From contig CAKOHZ010000002.1 in NCBI GenBank assembly GCA_934086315.1, forward strand, positions 296,464 through 360,463: 64,000 bases of DNA, in the 5' to 3' direction. The notes beneath the pieces were generated by a model. The model was not told where the DNA came from and did not search any database. It worked only from the letters and a program-made list of their open reading frames with translations. Positions within the stretch are counted from its first letter, which is position 1. Every line of letters starts with the position of its first letter. Positions 10,241-20,016 of the stretch are shown here, one piece after another. A program made the position numbers and the translations under genes. This stretch comes from an uncultured Bacilli bacterium (GTDB lineage: Bacteria; Bacillota_I; Bacilli_A; RF39; UBA660).

Positions 10241-10276
10241 ATAAAAGCCATAAAAAATGATTACTAGTAAGACTAA
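10241..10276 (-). terminator. intrinsic terminator after the 705-aa gene
   Basis: aaatgatta...taatcattt 9-bp stem, with an upstream A6 on the plus strand (T6 on the minus transcript). Confidence 0.45.
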
Positions 10277-10290
10277 TAATCATTTCATAT

Positions 10291-12408
10291 TTATTGATTT
10301 GAAAAGTTTTCCATCCATTCACTATAAGGTGTTACTTTTTCATAATCACTTAAATGTCTAACTTTTAAATTAACTTGTGATTTATAATACTTATCAAATA
10401 GTTTTTTCTTTTTCTTACAAGTTTCTTCATCTAATGTTTTAGGTACATTATTTTCAATATAATATTTCTTACTATAAGTTTTATTAAAGTAATAGAAATT
10501 AGATTTATCGTCTACTAAACTTGTTACAATTTTACTAGTCATTTTATGATGAATATGACCATATTCACCTTCTGGATTATGAGTTACTATTTTATCCCAA
10601 TTTTTAAGTTTTATTATATTATTAAGATCACTTGTAATTGAACTATACTCTTTTTCCCAATCTGACTTTTTACCATCAACTAAATCTGGATATCCAAGTG
10701 TTATATATTCATCATCAAAATAACCCATCATATGTTTAAATTCTTTTAATCTTGTTTCACTAACACCACAAGTAATACAAACTACAACATAATCATCTTT
10801 CATAAGTTCAGTACCACCAAATAATAAATCATCATCTGGATGAGCAACTACCATTAGATTTTTATATTTATAATCTTCTGTAAATAATAATTTATATCTA
10901 ATATCATTTGGTTCTAAAACTTTTACATCAGCTTTAGTATCAAAGCCATAGAAATCTAAAAATCTCTTATCCCATGTATCACTTACAGGACTATTCTTCC
11001 ATACGAAATTATAAAATCTAGTTTTTTTAATATAAATAGGATTCATATTTGCTTCTACTTGTCTTTTAACTATTTCATATCTTTCATTGTTACTTACATA
11101 TATACTATAATAAATGTATAAATATGATGAAAGAACTATAACAAGTATAACTAGTAAAGCCCTAGTAATATATCCATTTTTATCTTGTATTAATAAATTA
11201 TAAAGTTCACTAGCCATTAATATATACATAACTAAAGCTGGTAAACTACATCTTGATCCAACTGGAGTTAAAACTAATAATGGCCCTAATATTATAACTA
11301 TACTAACCATATAGAATATCAATCTATAACCAATGGTTCTATCATAATATTTACTTTTATCAAAGAATACTAATATTACTATTAATAATAGTGACAAGCA
11401 ATAAAATGCAGTCGCAAACCCAGTAAAATAATGACTAGTACCAGTAATTATTTTAAAATCAAACTCAGTTCCTAACATTAAGAATACACTATAGAATATA
11501 CTAACTAAATTTAATAGTTGTAAACTAACTTTTTTCCATTTAACAACTTTATTATTAACAAGAAATTTATAACTTAAAACTAACATAAATGCACTAACTA
11601 CAAAGTTAATAACTAAATTACGAGAAAATGCATTAGTTTGTATTTTATTGAAATAATTTCTAGCCATTGTAACAATAATTGATTGTTTAGTTGTTACTGT
11701 TCTATAAAAGTCGTCACCTTTCACTACATGTAAATAAGCACCATTAGTAAACATAATTATAGATCCAACTATTACACCAGCAAAATATATTAAATAACTT
11801 TTAGGAATCTTTTTATATCTAATATATGAATAAATACAAAGTACTACACATAATGCTAATAAATATGTAGTAATATGTTCCATAAATAATGTACTACAAA
11901 CACCTAATATAAATAATAAGACTAAATTATACCATTTTTCTTTAAAGTCTATTTTCTTTAATGCATCCTTAATATATGCAATAAATATTAATACTAATAA
12001 CATATTAAATGAATAATTAATAAATCCACTAGTATTAACAATAGTTTCTCTAAATACAAATTTATTAATTAAGAATAACATTAATATAGAGAACACCATA
12101 ATACCATTATTATTTTTATTAACTATTTTCTTTATTAAATAACCAATACCAAAATATGTAATAGTCATTAATAAAGTTTTAAAAATATTACTTCTAGTTA
12201 ACAATATAACAAGTAAATTACCTAGATATCTACCATTATAATCTTTAAACCATATATCTAATCTCTCTAAACCTGTTTTACTTCCCCAAGCCCAATCATC
12301 ATTAGAATAAGGAAAGAAATAAGTAAGAACAAATAAGAATACAAATAAAAATGTATAAAGTAAATATGTCTTCCAATTCTTTTTAATATTTTGTTTTAAT
12401 TTTTTCAT
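10291..12408 (-). CDS. polytopic membrane protein (about 14 TM, O-antigen polymerase/ligase-like region) fused to a C-terminal PIG-L/LmbE-family deacetylase domain
   Basis: C-terminal VVAHPDDDLLFGG plus HHKMTS histidines are the LmbE/PIG-L zinc-deacetylase signature. N-terminal 500 aa are continuous hydrophobic helices. RBS GAGGAG lies 5 nt upstream. Confidence 0.7.
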   Translation of the reverse strand: MKKLKQNIKKNWKTYLLYTFLFVFLFVLTYFFPYSNDDWAWGSKTGLERLDIWFKDYNGRYLGNLLVILLTRSNIFKTLLMTITYFGIGYLIKKIVNKNNNGIMVFSILMLFLINKFVFRETIVNTSGFINYSFNMLLVLIFIAYIKDALKKIDFKEKWYNLVLLFILGVCSTLFMEHITTYLLALCVVLCIYSYIRYKKIPKSYLIYFAGVIVGSIIMFTNGAYLHVVKGDDFYRTVTTKQSIIVTMARNYFNKIQTNAFSRNLVINFVVSAFMLVLSYKFLVNNKVVKWKKVSLQLLNLVSIFYSVFLMLGTEFDFKIITGTSHYFTGFATAFYCLSLLLIVILVFFDKSKYYDRTIGYRLIFYMVSIVIILGPLLVLTPVGSRCSLPALVMYILMASELYNLLIQDKNGYITRALLVILVIVLSSYLYIYYSIYVSNNERYEIVKRQVEANMNPIYIKKTRFYNFVWKNSPVSDTWDKRFLDFYGFDTKADVKVLEPNDIRYKLLFTEDYKYKNLMVVAHPDDDLLFGGTELMKDDYVVVCITCGVSETRLKEFKHMMGYFDDEYITLGYPDLVDGKKSDWEKEYSSITSDLNNIIKLKNWDKIVTHNPEGEYGHIHHKMTSKIVTSLVDDKSNFYYFNKTYSKKYYIENNVPKTLDEETCKKKKKLFDKYYKSQVNLKVRHLSDYEKVTPYSEWMENFSNQ

Positions 12409-13549
12409 TTTTACTCCTCACACACAATTCCACAAAATCTATTATATCACTTGTATAACTCTTTTCAAATTCTTTTATATATTTTTTTCTAAAAACATTT
12501 AATTTATTCATATCATAATTATCATTATCAATTTCATTATATAATTCTTCTAAATTTAAACATATTTTACCAGGCATTTCTTTATCATATTTTAAATAAA
12601 AATCCCTATCATTAACATAATCCTTTTTATCATAAGCATAAAACATCATTGGTTTACCTATAATAGCTACCTCATATATAACAGCTGAATAATCACTTAT
12701 AACTTTATCAGATACAAATACCATCTCATAAGTATTAAAACTTTTATCAAATATAGCTTCTTTATTATCAAAAGTATACTTAGTAAGTGGATGTAACTTA
12801 ACTATTAAGTTATATTTTTTATAATTAAAATTATCTATGAATTCTTTTATATATTTATAATCATAATCTCCATCTCTAAAAGTTGGACAATATAATATAT
12901 TTTTCTTTTTATTTTTAAGTTTTGGATACTTACTATATATTTTATCACTAACCTTTTTAATGTTATCTTTATCAACCATTAAATCTAATCTAGGAAGTGG
13001 ATATACTCTAAATTTGCTTTCATCTTGACCAAATGCTTCACTGAAAAATTTTATACAATATTGACTACTAGCAAATATATAATCATAATTATTATGCATA
13101 TTCATAACACTAGCAAGTTTTTTATTATCAACATATTTAACTCTTTCATTATTATTGTTTATTACACTTAGTCCAAACTTCTTAAACGCACCCATCGCAT
13201 GCCACATTTGTATAACAGTTAAACTCTTTTTATGTTTACAATTACTTATAACGATACAATAAGAATCAAGTATAACTACTTTACTAGTTGCTATAAAGTA
13301 CATTTGTTTAAACATATGGAATATATACTTTATCTTATTAAGAAGACCAGAATCTAATGTCTTACATAAATATACTACATCATATTCTGGCATTTCTTTT
13401 TTTATTTTCTTACCAAGTAAAACAAAATCAACATTAATATTATTTGATTGTCTACTTATAAAAGTAATTCTATTTTTAGTTTTAAATAATTTAAATATAG
13501 AATATATAATATTAAGAATAAACTTAAATATTTTAATTAGTATTATCAT
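12383..13549 (-). CDS. CDP-glycerol/ribitol-phosphate polyol-phosphotransferase (TagF/TarL family)
   Basis: 388 aa. Glyphos_transf-like C-domain motifs QMWHAMGAFK, PTFRDG and LHPLT are shared with the paralog immediately upstream. Confidence 0.7.
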   Translation of the reverse strand: MIILIKIFKFILNIIYSIFKLFKTKNRITFISRQSNNINVDFVLLGKKIKKEMPEYDVVYLCKTLDSGLLNKIKYIFHMFKQMYFIATSKVVILDSYCIVISNCKHKKSLTVIQMWHAMGAFKKFGLSVINNNNERVKYVDNKKLASVMNMHNNYDYIFASSQYCIKFFSEAFGQDESKFRVYPLPRLDLMVDKDNIKKVSDKIYSKYPKLKNKKKNILYCPTFRDGDYDYKYIKEFIDNFNYKKYNLIVKLHPLTKYTFDNKEAIFDKSFNTYEMVFVSDKVISDYSAVIYEVAIIGKPMMFYAYDKKDYVNDRDFYLKYDKEMPGKICLNLEELYNEIDNDNYDMNKLNVFRKKYIKEFEKSYTSDIIDFVELCVRSKNEKIKTKY

Positions 13550-14696
13550 CTTTTTCCCCTGTTATTAATTTCTTAACTACTCTTTCAGTACTCTTTCCAT
13601 CACAAGCTCCACAAAAGAAATCGAAGAATTCTTTAAGTTTCTTTTTATCAACTTTTCCATTCTTAATTGAATTAATAAGTTCTTTATTATTATGAGCTAC
13701 ATCTCCGTAAGTATATTTAGAAAATGGATAATAAAAGCCTCTACTGCCATCATAATCTTTATAATCAGGTGTATAGAATATAACTGGTTTATTAAAGAAT
13801 GAATATTCAAATATAACAGAACTATAATCAGTAATTAATATATCTGTTATAAATAATAGATCATTTATTTCTCTCTCGCCACTTAAATCATAATAAAAGT
13901 CATCATTATCAAAATCTATATCTGGCATTTCTTTAATAAATGGATGCATTTTTACTAAGAATACATAATCTTTAGAAAAGTTCTTTTTTATTAAATCAAA
14001 GTCTATCAAACTATAATCATAGTAAGCACTCTTTTGACCTTGTCCTCTAAATGTAGGTGCGAATAATATAACTTTTTTATTTTTAAATTGAGGATATTTT
14101 TTATATAAAGTATTTCTTATATTCTTTTTATATTCATCACTGAAAAAAATATCTGTTCTAGGAACACCATATGGATGAACCTTTTCAATATCTATGCCAA
14201 ATGCTTCTGCATAATTTCCTCTTATATTTTCAGAACTAACTATTGTATCAGTATAATTTTTATGTGTTAAACTAGTATTATTATAACCATTTTTACTCTT
14301 ATTTCTACTATAACCTACTGTTTTAAAAGCACCCATTGCATGCCATACTTGAATTAGTTTAGCATTTTCTCTTATTTTTAATGGATAAATCAATGGATAA
14401 AAATCATCAACAAGAATATATTTTGATCTTGCTATATCTCTAACTAAACTTATTTTTTCTTTAAATTCTCTTCTTGTTTTTAATGATTTTTTTAAATGAC
14501 TCTTAAGCTTATACTCTGGATTATTTTCTTTCAAATAGTTATAAATAAACTCAAAATTTCCAGAGATATGGTCTCTGGAATCTGATAGAAATAATACTTG
14601 TTTTTCATCTATTTCATATTTTTTAACATAATAATTATAAATGATTATACAAAATAGTCTCTTAACTTTTTGTAAAAAACCTTTTATATATTTCAT
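13533..14696 (-). CDS. CDP-glycerol/ribitol-phosphate polyol-phosphotransferase (TagB/TagF family), paralog
   Basis: QVWHAMGAFK, APTFRG and MHPF motifs. 17-nt overlap with the downstream paralog. Confidence 0.7.
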   Translation of the reverse strand: MKYIKGFLQKVKRLFCIIIYNYYVKKYEIDEKQVLFLSDSRDHISGNFEFIYNYLKENNPEYKLKSHLKKSLKTRREFKEKISLVRDIARSKYILVDDFYPLIYPLKIRENAKLIQVWHAMGAFKTVGYSRNKSKNGYNNTSLTHKNYTDTIVSSENIRGNYAEAFGIDIEKVHPYGVPRTDIFFSDEYKKNIRNTLYKKYPQFKNKKVILFAPTFRGQGQKSAYYDYSLIDFDLIKKNFSKDYVFLVKMHPFIKEMPDIDFDNDDFYYDLSGEREINDLLFITDILITDYSSVIFEYSFFNKPVIFYTPDYKDYDGSRGFYYPFSKYTYGDVAHNNKELINSIKNGKVDKKKLKEFFDFFCGACDGKSTERVVKKLITGEKDDNTN

Positions 14697-14697
14697 A

Positions 14698-15717
14698 TTA
14701 AATCTCCCATTTCATAATAGTTTTAAAATCATTATTCAAATCTTGTTGGAATGCAGAATGTATATCATTAACAGAATGAACTTCTACTTCACTTGATATT
14801 ATAGTACTTAGATAATCAGCAACATCTTCATTTTCTTCTATAAATTTAATTGATGCATCAAAATCTTCATATCCACTTCTACTATTACCAAGTAATGATA
14901 ATCCTTTTTCAAGAATCATTCTTGTATTTAATGGAACATTGTTTTCACTAACACCCATTAATGCAATGCTTCCTTGTGGATTAATTATATCTATAATTTG
15001 ATTTATAGCAAGTTCTGCTTTAGTTCCACCAACACATTCAAATGCATGATCGACTGTAACACCTTCAGGTATTTCAGCAACTTGATATATTTCATCAGCA
15101 AATTGGAAATAATGAAGCTTCTCATATCTATTACCAAAAACTATAATTTTAGCATTAGGGAATGTTTTCTTAAGAACAAGTGCAGTAACAAATCCAACAC
15201 TTCCATCTCCCCATACACCTATAGTTTGTCTTTTCATATGGCTATATCCTTCAAAATGTTCAAGTGCATTCATAGCAACACTTAATAATTCTAAAAGAAC
15301 AGCTATTCTATCTTCAATCTTAGTATATTTTATAATTCTAGATCTTTCGATATCTACAATACTTTGCATGAATCCATCATAACCACTAGATTTAAATAAA
15401 CTACTTCTTAAATAATTTTCTTTAATAATTGAATCTGTTTCTCTAGGAGTATTTGGTATCATAACAACACTATCACCTGGCTTAAATTCACCTTTAGGAT
15501 CAAATACTACCTTACCAACACATTCATGTATTAGAGCCATTGGAAGTTTTTTAGCAAGTACTTCTGGAGCTCTTCTTCCTTGATAATATCTTTGATCAGC
15601 TGCACAAATAGAAAGATAAGATGGTCTTACAAGTACATCATCACTTGGAAGAGGTAAATCTATAAAATCAGTTCTAATTTGTTTAGGAGAACAAAGTCTA
15701 TAAGATTGTGCTATCAT
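14698..15717 (-). CDS. zinc-type alcohol dehydrogenase, TarJ-like (ribulose-5-phosphate reductase candidate)
   Basis: MDR-family architecture. GVWGDGSVGFVTA is a Rossmann GxGxxG variant. Coupled to the tarI-like gene (stop and start overlap by 4 nt). Confidence 0.65.
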   Translation of the reverse strand: MIAQSYRLCSPKQIRTDFIDLPLPSDDVLVRPSYLSICAADQRYYQGRRAPEVLAKKLPMALIHECVGKVVFDPKGEFKPGDSVVMIPNTPRETDSIIKENYLRSSLFKSSGYDGFMQSIVDIERSRIIKYTKIEDRIAVLLELLSVAMNALEHFEGYSHMKRQTIGVWGDGSVGFVTALVLKKTFPNAKIIVFGNRYEKLHYFQFADEIYQVAEIPEGVTVDHAFECVGGTKAELAINQIIDIINPQGSIALMGVSENNVPLNTRMILEKGLSLLGNSRSGYEDFDASIKFIEENEDVADYLSTIISSEVEVHSVNDIHSAFQQDLNNDFKTIMKWEI

Positions 15718-16427
15718 TTTTCATCCTTTCCCATTAAAATAGCACGAGCTATCTTAAGATCATATAATGTTGTTAATTTAATATTGTACACTTCGCCATC
15801 AACTAATCCAACATTTTCACCCTTTAATGAGAAAATTTTACAACCATCAGTTAATATTTCTTTTTCTTTCTTAGTTAAAGAATCAAATAATTCCATTAAC
15901 TTCTTAATATTAAATGTTTGAGGTGTTTGTCCTTGATAACATTCTTTTCTATCAGGAATTTCTGTTATTACCTTTCCATCTTTAGAATATACAATAGTAT
16001 CTGTTGCAGGAATTACTGTATCAACAGCATCATATTTTTTAGCAAGTTTAATGTTATCATCAAGTATTCTTTGATTAACAAATGGTCTAACTGCATCATG
16101 AGTAACAATAATATCTTTATCAGTTAATCCATATTTCTCTTCAATTAATTTACAACCATTTATAATAGTATCATTTCTTGTAGCACCACCAGCTGTTACT
16201 TCTACTCTTTCTGTGTCAATATTATATTTTTCAAGCAAGTCTTCAGCATAACTCACCCATTCTTTAGGACAACAAACAACTATTTTTGAAAATGATTGAT
16301 TAATTAAGAATTGCTCAATAGTATGAATAATAATTGGTCTATCTCCTAACATTAAAAACTGTTTAGGCATTTCAGTATTGCCCATTCTTGTACCGGAACC
16401 ACCGGCTAATATTTCTCCGTAAATCAT
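15714..16427 (-). CDS. IspD/TarI-family cytidylyltransferase (CDP-ribitol synthase candidate)
   Basis: MIYGEILAGGSGTRMG is the IspD/TarI N-terminal motif. Start placed at the internal ATG (16427), which has a GGAGGT RBS 5 nt upstream, rather than the longer ORF-track start at 16511. Confidence 0.75.
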   Translation of the reverse strand: MIYGEILAGGSGTRMGNTEMPKQFLMLGDRPIIIHTIEQFLINQSFSKIVVCCPKEWVSYAEDLLEKYNIDTERVEVTAGGATRNDTIINGCKLIEEKYGLTDKDIIVTHDAVRPFVNQRILDDNIKLAKKYDAVDTVIPATDTIVYSKDGKVITEIPDRKECYQGQTPQTFNIKKLMELFDSLTKKEKEILTDGCKIFSLKGENVGLVDGEVYNIKLTTLYDLKIARAILMGKDEK

Positions 16428-16529
16428 TTTTACCTCCATATTTATAAAAATTTCATAAAATACATATCTACGTATAACCAAATTATAACATATAAAATAA
16501 AACAAACGCAAACATTTACATAAACTTTA

Positions 16530-17501
16530 CTATTCTTTATCTATTAAAAACTTTAGCATCTGCTCTTTATCTTTTTTACCCTCTATAATATCATGTATTA
16601 AATTTATTATTGGCATTTTTACCTTTTTACGTCTAACTAGCTTATGTATAGATTTTAATGTATACATACCTTCTACAGTGGTATTCTTTAAATATAGATC
16701 AATTTCTTCTTTAGATGCACCACTACCTATTAAGTACCCAAAACTAAAGTTTCTTGAATTTTTACTAGTACAAGTCATAAGAATATCACCAAATCCAGCA
16801 AAAGATAAAATTGATTTTTTCTTTCCACCTAATGCTTTTATAAGTTCTTTTATATCGTTCATACTTTCTGTTAAGAATAATGCACGTGTTGAATCTGTTA
16901 CACCCATTCCTTCTAACATACCACTTGCAATAGCCATGACATTCTTAATACTGCCACATATTTCTATACCAGTAATGTCTCTAGTTCTTCTAAATTTAGT
17001 TGTAGAGTTTTCAAAACATTTACGAATAACCATTTCAGTCTTATGACTTTTAGTTGCCAAACTAAATCCTATAGGAGCATCTTTAATCATATCAACAGCA
17101 AATGTAGGACCTGATATAACAGCAATACTATTTTTTAGATAGTTAGAAAACACATCATTTAAAAATAAACATGTATTTTGCTGAATACCTTTAGTAGCAA
17201 TTAAAACTGGTTGTTTCTTCTTTATATATTTAGATAATTCTATTGTTACATCTTCAAAAGCAAACGCTGGGATTGCCATAACTATTAAGTCTTTTCCTTC
17301 TACTACTTTTTTTAAATCAGTTGAAAATACTAAACTTTCAGGTATTTTATAATTATTTAATTTTTTACTAACTCTTTTACCACTTAATTCATTTTTCTCA
17401 TCCTCATTATGAGTCCATACTTCTGTGTAAACTTTATTATTTACTAAAATATGTGAAAGTGCTAAACCAAAAGCACCAGCACCAAGTACACCTACTTTCA
17501 T
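16530..17501 (-). CDS. gpsA: NAD(P)H-dependent glycerol-3-phosphate dehydrogenase
   Basis: MKVGVLGAGAFG Rossmann motif, ISGPTFAVDM and C-terminal KN..AIA.G motifs. 323 aa. Confidence 0.8.
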   Translation of the reverse strand: MKVGVLGAGAFGLALSHILVNNKVYTEVWTHNEDEKNELSGKRVSKKLNNYKIPESLVFSTDLKKVVEGKDLIVMAIPAFAFEDVTIELSKYIKKKQPVLIATKGIQQNTCLFLNDVFSNYLKNSIAVISGPTFAVDMIKDAPIGFSLATKSHKTEMVIRKCFENSTTKFRRTRDITGIEICGSIKNVMAIASGMLEGMGVTDSTRALFLTESMNDIKELIKALGGKKKSILSFAGFGDILMTCTSKNSRNFSFGYLIGSGASKEEIDLYLKNTTVEGMYTLKSIHKLVRRKKVKMPIINLIHDIIEGKKDKEQMLKFLIDKE

Positions 17502-17553
17502 TCATTCACCTCTAAAGATAATTATATCATAGTAAATAATGTTTTAAAACATA

Positions 17554-17577
17554 CAAAAAAGTTCAATCACTTGAACT
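17554..17577 (-). terminator. intrinsic terminator after the tagO-like gene
   Basis: aagttcaa-tcac-ttgaactt hairpin with a flanking A6 on the plus strand (T-run on the minus transcript). Confidence 0.5.
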
Positions 17578-17585
17578 TTTATAAT

Positions 17586-18680
17586 TTATTTTTTCTTAGA
17601 TTTACCTTTACTTTTTGACCAATCAAATACTATATTAGTTTTAAGTACAAAATATAATACGATAAATATTAATATAACATAACAGCCAGCAACTATTTTC
17701 TTATCTCCAAGTACATAGAATATAGTTGTTACTGAAAATAAAATATTAATTGCATAAATCACTAATAATGAACTCTTTTTAGAAAAATGTTTCAATAATT
17801 GATGATGCAAATGTTCTTTATCAGCATGATCTATACTTTGTCCTTTTAATTTTCTTCTTATAATAGCGAACAAAGTATCCATAATTGGAATAGCTAATAT
17901 TAATAATGGAATTATTAAAGATGTTAATGTTGTTGTTTTAAAACCAAGTAAGAATATTACAGATATCATAAATCCTAAAAATGTACTACCTGCATCTCCT
18001 TGATATATTCTAGCAGGTGGAAAATTATGTACCAAATATCCAAGTGTTGAGCCAAGCATTATCAAAGATAAAATTATATCTAAACCACCAAATTTATTAA
18101 GTATAAACCCAATTACAGCAATGGTTAAAAAATATATTGATGAAATACCAGCACATAATCCATCTAGTCCATCTATTAAATTAATAGCATTTATTGTAGC
18201 TACTATTATCAACATTGAAATAAGTTCAGGCAAAAAAGGAATAGAACCAAATTTAATAGTTATACCAAACAATGTAATCTTAGTAAGTTCAAGTCCACCA
18301 TAGAAAACTACTATAGCAGCAACTATTAATTGAACTAATACTTTATATTTGTTAGGCATTGGCGTCTCACTCTTAGTCATATCATCAAAAAGACCTAAAA
18401 GCATAATCAAAAATGAACCAATAAGTACAGCAATCATTAAATCATTTTTAGGAGCAAATAACATATATCCAAGCAAGAAAGCAAAGAAAATACCAAGACC
18501 TCCTAATAATGGAACAGGATGTTCTTGAATCTTTCTAGGATCATTAGGCACATCCAATATCTTTAAAAATATTGCCACCTTTTTCATTATTTGAACAAAT
18601 ATTAAAGATGCTAAAAAACATACAGAGACTATTATAAATATATTATGTCCATTAACACTAAAATCCATATTTTCACCCAC
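17586..18680 (-). CDS. glycosyltransferase family 4 polyprenyl-phosphate sugar-1-phosphate transferase (TagO/WecA/MraY-like)
   Basis: 364 aa, about 10 TM. NAINLIDGLDGL motif and a DDxxD-like FDDMT motif. Confidence 0.8.
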   Translation of the reverse strand: MGENMDFSVNGHNIFIIVSVCFLASLIFVQIMKKVAIFLKILDVPNDPRKIQEHPVPLLGGLGIFFAFLLGYMLFAPKNDLMIAVLIGSFLIMLLGLFDDMTKSETPMPNKYKVLVQLIVAAIVVFYGGLELTKITLFGITIKFGSIPFLPELISMLIIVATINAINLIDGLDGLCAGISSIYFLTIAVIGFILNKFGGLDIILSLIMLGSTLGYLVHNFPPARIYQGDAGSTFLGFMISVIFLLGFKTTTLTSLIIPLLILAIPIMDTLFAIIRRKLKGQSIDHADKEHLHHQLLKHFSKKSSLLVIYAINILFSVTTIFYVLGDKKIVAGCYVILIFIVLYFVLKTNIVFDWSKSKGKSKKK

Positions 18681-18802
18681 TTAGTAACTATTATAAACTA
18701 TTAATATTATTTTTTCCATTAAAATTAACAAAATACCACAAAAGAATTGTTTATTAAAACAAAAAATGATAAAATTTATTTAATAATAAAAGGAGAATAA
18801 AA

Positions 18803-19879
18803 ATGGAAAAAAATGAAAAAATGAGTTTACAATCAATATTATTACTTATTTCAGCATTGGTAATGATACTAGCAGGAGGTTACATCTATAAATTAACTAA
18901 AAACAACAACAAGTTAAATAACAACGTTGAAAAGTTAGAAAACAAAACAAATATAGAATTACAAAAAACACTTAATAATTTTTTAGAAATGGATAAATCA
19001 GCATATGAAGGAACACTTTTAGAATATTTAAATATTGGGTATGACAAATCTAAAGACAAAGTTATTGAGACAAATAATGAAGATGATTCATATGAATATG
19101 TACTAACTAATATTAAATTTGATGACTATAAAAAAGCTATGTTAAATTATGTTACTGAAGATTTCTTTGAAAGAGAATACACAAATAACATAAATTACAT
19201 TAAAAATGATGATGGATTTATAAAAACATTAAAACCAGAAGAAAATGATAATAAACTAAAATATATTGTAGATAACATTATTGAAAAAGATAAACTATCA
19301 TATTTAGTATCAATTAGAAAAATAAGTGATTACAATGTTGAAAAAACAATGAGAAACTTTACACTTGTAAAAGTAGAAGGAAAATTAGTTATTAATACAT
19401 ACTCAGGAAGTAAAACAACACAATATGAAATTAAAGAACCAACTATAGATGAAATAACTAGTATATACAAAAAATATTTAGAAATAGACTGTGAATCTCA
19501 TACAGATGGTATACTTAATTTCTTAAATATTGGTTATGATGAAAATAAAGACAAATTTGACTCTAATCTAGAAATGGTTACAACAAATGTTAATTTTATA
19601 GAATATAAAAATGCAATGTTAAATTATGTTTCTGAAAACCTTTTCACAAAAGAATATACTAAAAATATAGGAATTTTTGAAAATAAAAATGGTAAAATAG
19701 TAAAAGGACAAGGTGGTGGCGAATGTCCAAATATAAAAATAAACAAAATTACAAAAACTGGTACTCTTGCCTACACTGCAGATGTTATAGAAAGCTTTAA
19801 TGAAGAAAATGCCAATAAAACATATAAATTCACACTTAAAAACTATAATGGAAAATTAGTCATAGATACAAATAAATAA
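18803..19879 (+). CDS. membrane-anchored extracellular protein composed of two copies of a ~150-aa module
   Basis: N-terminal TM ILLLISALVMILAGGYIY. The two module copies share the segments LEYLNIGYDKSKDK...MLNYVTEDFFEREYTNNI and LNFLNIGYDENKDK...MLNYVSENLFTKEYTKNI. Confidence 0.6.
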   Translation: MEKNEKMSLQSILLLISALVMILAGGYIYKLTKNNNKLNNNVEKLENKTNIELQKTLNNFLEMDKSAYEGTLLEYLNIGYDKSKDKVIETNNEDDSYEYVLTNIKFDDYKKAMLNYVTEDFFEREYTNNINYIKNDDGFIKTLKPEENDNKLKYIVDNIIEKDKLSYLVSIRKISDYNVEKTMRNFTLVKVEGKLVINTYSGSKTTQYEIKEPTIDEITSIYKKYLEIDCESHTDGILNFLNIGYDENKDKFDSNLEMVTTNVNFIEYKNAMLNYVSENLFTKEYTKNIGIFENKNGKIVKGQGGGECPNIKINKITKTGTLAYTADVIESFNEENANKTYKFTLKNYNGKLVIDTNK

Positions 19880-19887
19880 AATAATTT

Positions 19888-19924
19888 AAACTAAATAAAG
19901 TAAAAATTTATTTAGTTTTTTATT
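19888..19924 (+). terminator. intrinsic terminator
   Basis: 12-bp stem aaactaaataaa/tttatttagttt with loop gtaaaaa, followed by a T-run. Confidence 0.55.
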
Positions 19925-20016
19925 GCCTATTCATGTAAAATTCCCTAAATATAATGCAAAATATGTCTATTTTTGCTATAATTATAAAAGATAATTAAGA
20001 ATGTAAAGGAGTACAC

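Noticed and set aside
16428-16511. Longer N-terminal extension of the tarI-like ORF (MRLFYFICYNLVIRRYVFYEIFINMEVK)
   Set aside because: The internal ATG at 16427 has a GGAGGT RBS and begins the canonical MIYGEILAGGSG motif. The extension has no RBS and overlaps the promoter region.
14974-17046. Plus-strand ORFs 14974..15285, 15679..15921, 15918..16127 and 16678..17046
   Set aside because: All are antisense to the tarJ-like, tarI-like and gpsA genes, which carry clear catalytic motifs.
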